Source: Malacoraja senta (lineage: Eukaryota). Taken from it: DNA of 64,000 bases. The notes below the pieces were generated by a model, which was not told the origin of the DNA, did no database searches, and saw only the letters and a program-made list of their open reading frames with translations. How positions within the stretch are numbered: the stretch's first letter is position 1; each line of letters opens with the position of its first letter. Both the position numbers and the translations under genes were made by a program. Shown here one piece after another: positions 60,805 to 64,000 of the stretch. The stretch is from positions 20,400,001 to 20,464,000 of the forward strand of contig CM075987.1 of assembly GCA_038087875.1 (NCBI GenBank). Direction: 5' to 3'.

Positions 60805-62946
60805 GTAGGTAACTCGAGCCTGTATAATATCTGTAATATGTATTTATAATATATATTTATAATATGAAGATTAATTAATGTACCTTTTGAGGATTGCATG
60901 AAACCTAAATGTTGTGGCTTACCTTGGAAATGGTTGCCTTCTGTAAAGAAAGTTCCATTGTTAGCTACACAGTCTGAGTGCCAGTGTGTGCAGCAACACC
61001 ATATAATCACACAGGCACTGCATTGGCATCAAGCCTGGGGTATTGCTGCTTGTGAATAGATACATTCTGGAGAAATCGGAGAACGGAGCCCTCTGAATAT
61101 TAGCAGGTATGGTGAAAATGGCAAGTGATGAACGTGCTAGATACAAGCTGAAATCAGCAGACTTGCCCCTGTAAATGGAGCATGTGGAGGTCCTGGGTGA
61201 GGGGTGGTCATGGAACAGAGGAGCCTGGCCATGAGTTGGGAGGAGGCAGCGGTGTTGCTGCAGGCAGTAGATGGGAACTCGTGAAATGTTGAGTCTGATA
61301 CCGTGAACCACCACCAAAGACACAGCGATTTGTGGATGCAGCCCAGACCGTCACACAAACCAACGTCCCTTCCATTGACTCCATTTATACCTCGCGCTGC
61401 CTCGGCAAGGCCAGCAGCATAATCAAGGGCAGGTCGCACCAGGGCCACTCCCTCCTCTCCCCTCTCCCATCGGGCAAAAGGTACAGAAGTGTGAAACCGT
61501 ACACGTTCAGGGACAGTTTCTTCTCAGCTGTTATCAGACAACTGAATCATCCTACAACAACCAGAGAGCAGTCCTGAACTATCTATTGGTGATTCTCAGA
61601 CTATCTTTGATCAGACTTTGCTGACTTTACCTTGCACTAAATGTTATTCCCTTTATCATGTATCTGTACACTCTGGACAGCTTGATTGTAATCATGTATA
61701 CTCTTTCCACTGACTGAATAGCACGCAACAAAAGATTTTCACTGTACCTCAGTACACGTGACAATAAACTAAATTAAACAAAGTGTCGCATCGGGCATCA
61801 GCTTAACAAGTTTGCTCAGAGATGATTCCAAGGTTCAAGCAAGGAATTGGCTCCACACTTGGTAACGATGGCATGGATGCATCATCGAGATCAGGCCATA
61901 TGCATGGAAGGCATGGTGTATCAGGTGACTCGATGGGCCGAATGGCCTAATTCTGCTCCTACATTTTCTACCAGACTCCACTTATTTGGGGTTTATTAAG
62001 AATATCCTGTTGATGTTCAGCTGAGTGAAGGACCTTGCAGCAAAACCAAAGGAACCTGCAGAGTCAATAAAATATTGAGGTGTACTGCTGTGTGTGTCCA
62101 TTTATCTCCAGTCTCCTGTACGCAGCTCAAGGCAACTCAAGCACATTAACCTGTAAATAATGAATAGGCATGGAGGTTTTAGGCTGCAGCCTGAGACATG
62201 ACTTGCACAGTCAAAATTCTCCTCAACAGCTTTATGTAAAAATAACTACAGCGATCTTCGTGCACAAGCAGTGACCCTGGGGCTGGTGATTAGAAAACCA
62301 GGCCCTTTAACATTCAAATCAGAGCTTTCTCACAGTTTTCATCAAATCTGGTATTTTGGCATAGTGGGGGGACTAATTCATTTTGATATAACAAAAAGTG
62401 GATATAACAAAAAGCAATTGGATATAACAGGTGGATATAACAAAAAGCAATAAATCCTTGTTACAGCTCAACTTTAGAAAAAATAGTAGGCTCATTTGTG
62501 TTGTGTGTGCAAGTTAATATTGATCTTCCCAAATCAAACAATTTGTTGCAGCGGATAGAAACTTTCCAAATGACAGCGGTTTTCTTGAAAGCAACTCATT
62601 TTGTTTGCCTGTCCAAATTTGGCTCCAAACAATTAAAAATATTTTTGTCTAAATGTGTTCTGCTGAAAGGTCATCTGCCCGAAACATTGATGATATTTCT
62701 CTCTCCACCGATGCTACCCAACTCCTGAACCTTTCCAGCAGTTTGTTTTAGTTCACGATTCCACAGTGGTGTGTGCAAGCGTGTGTGTGAAAATCATAGT
62801 CTCATATCAGGCAGAAACAGGCTACGCAGTCCATCACACCCGAGTCAGGCTAATTAATCTCTCCTTCCCTGCTTCCAAGTATCCAATTGTCTTCCTTTCG
62901 GCAATCCATATCCAATCACAGCTCAAACCATCAAACTAATTCTCCA

Positions 62947-63879
62947 GGCTCGCACCAGGGTCTCTGCCATACCCCGCAACACTGCTCTCTCTCCCCATCC
63001 CCCCACTCACAACAAAGGCAGAGTCCCCCTAGTCCTCACCTTTCACCCCACCAGCCGTCACATACAACAAGTGATCCTCCGTCAGTTTCGCCACCTCCAA
63101 CGTGACCCCACCACTCGCCACATCTTCCCATCTCCCCCTATGTCTGCCTTCCGCAAAGACCGCTCCCTCCGTAACTCCCTTGTCAATTCTTCCCTTCCCT
63201 CCCATACCACCCCCTCCCCTGGTACTTTCCCTTGCAACCGCAAGAGATGCAACACTTGTCCCTTCACTTCCCCCCTCCACTCCATTCCAGGACCCAAGCA
63301 GTCGTTCCAGGTGCGACAGAGGTTCACCTGCATCTCCTCCAACCTCATCTATTGCATTCGCTGCTCTAGATGCCAGCTGATCTACATCGGTGAGACCAAG
63401 CGGAGGCTTGGCGATCGTTTCGCCGAACACCTCCGGTCGGTCCGCAATAACCAACCTGAACTCCCGGTGGCTCAGCACTTCAACTCCCCCTCCCATTCCG
63501 TATCTGACCTCTCTGTCCTGGGTCTCCTCCATGGCCACAGCGAGCAACACCGTAAATTGGAGGAAATGCACCTCATATTCCGCTTGGGCAGTCTACACCC
63601 TGGTGGCCTGAACGTTGAATTCTCCCAATTCTGCTAGCCCTGGCTGTCCCCTCCCCTTCATCAGCCATCTGGTTGTCTCCTCCCCTCCCCCAACCCTCGG
63701 GCTCCTCCTCCTCCTTTTCCTTTTTTCCTTTCTTCTCCCCACCCCCTATCAGTCTGAAGAAGGGTTTCGGCCCGAAACGTTACCTATTTCCTTCGCTCCA
63801 TAGATGCTGCTGCACCCGCTGAGTTTCTCCAGCATTTTTGTGTACCTTCGATTTTCCAGCATCTGCAGTTCCTTCTTTA
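62947..63879 (+). mobile_element. 5'-truncated Penelope-like retroelement with an intact GIY-YIG endonuclease C-terminus and 3' terminal repeat
   Basis: 14-bp TSD AAACTAATTCTCCA (62933-62946 and 63880-63893). Uninterrupted frame 62948-63637 (RVPLVLTFHP...CNRKRCNTC...NLIYCIRC..C.LIYIGETKRRLGDRFAEH). Hammerhead-like motif at 63751-63784. Confidence 0.92.
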
Positions 63880-64000
63880 AAACTAATTCTCCATCTGCCT
63901 TGGTGTTTTTTTTAATCAATTATCATAAATCTGTCATCTGGTTACTTAACATCTTCACAATGTAAAAGAACATTATTCCTGTGTACTTTTCCAAATGCCC

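Noticed and set aside
63029..63571. 180-aa minus-strand ORF
   Set aside because: Antisense shadow of the Penelope GIY-YIG frame.

Overview
Vertebrate genomic DNA, most likely a cartilaginous fish (skate/ray-like; inferred only from the repeat families and gene sequences), with one 200-N scaffold gap (31170-31369). Two + strand genes can be rebuilt from GT-AG splice sites and reading-frame phase. (1) The last 8 coding exons of PIP5KL1 (2542-16916; 1122 nt = 373 aa + stop, all junctions phase-consistent). (2) Coding exons 2 and 3 of SH3GLB2/endophilin B2 (49300-49441, 52448-52576); its canonical first exon was not found and probably lies in the gap next to a CpG-rich stretch. The rest is intron and intergenic DNA dense in CR1, Rex/Babar, L1 and Penelope-like (GIY-YIG) retroelements, tRNA-derived and Deu-type SINEs, and Harbinger-like and hAT MITEs. 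Most notable leads: a candidate alternative first coding exon/promoter of SH3GLB2 (39044-39144) packed with AP-1, two RFX X-box and YY1 motifs, in frame with exon 2, which would replace the N-terminal amphipathic helix; a candidate 9-nt frame-preserving SH3GLB2 microexon (60796-60804); many minimal hammerhead-ribozyme-like motifs in Penelope terminal repeats, including a family of fold-back mini-elements with 11-17 bp target-site duplications; and a perfect 80-bp inverted duplication (33732-34145). Homology calls come from my recall of these families, not database searches, and most repeat boundaries are approximate.
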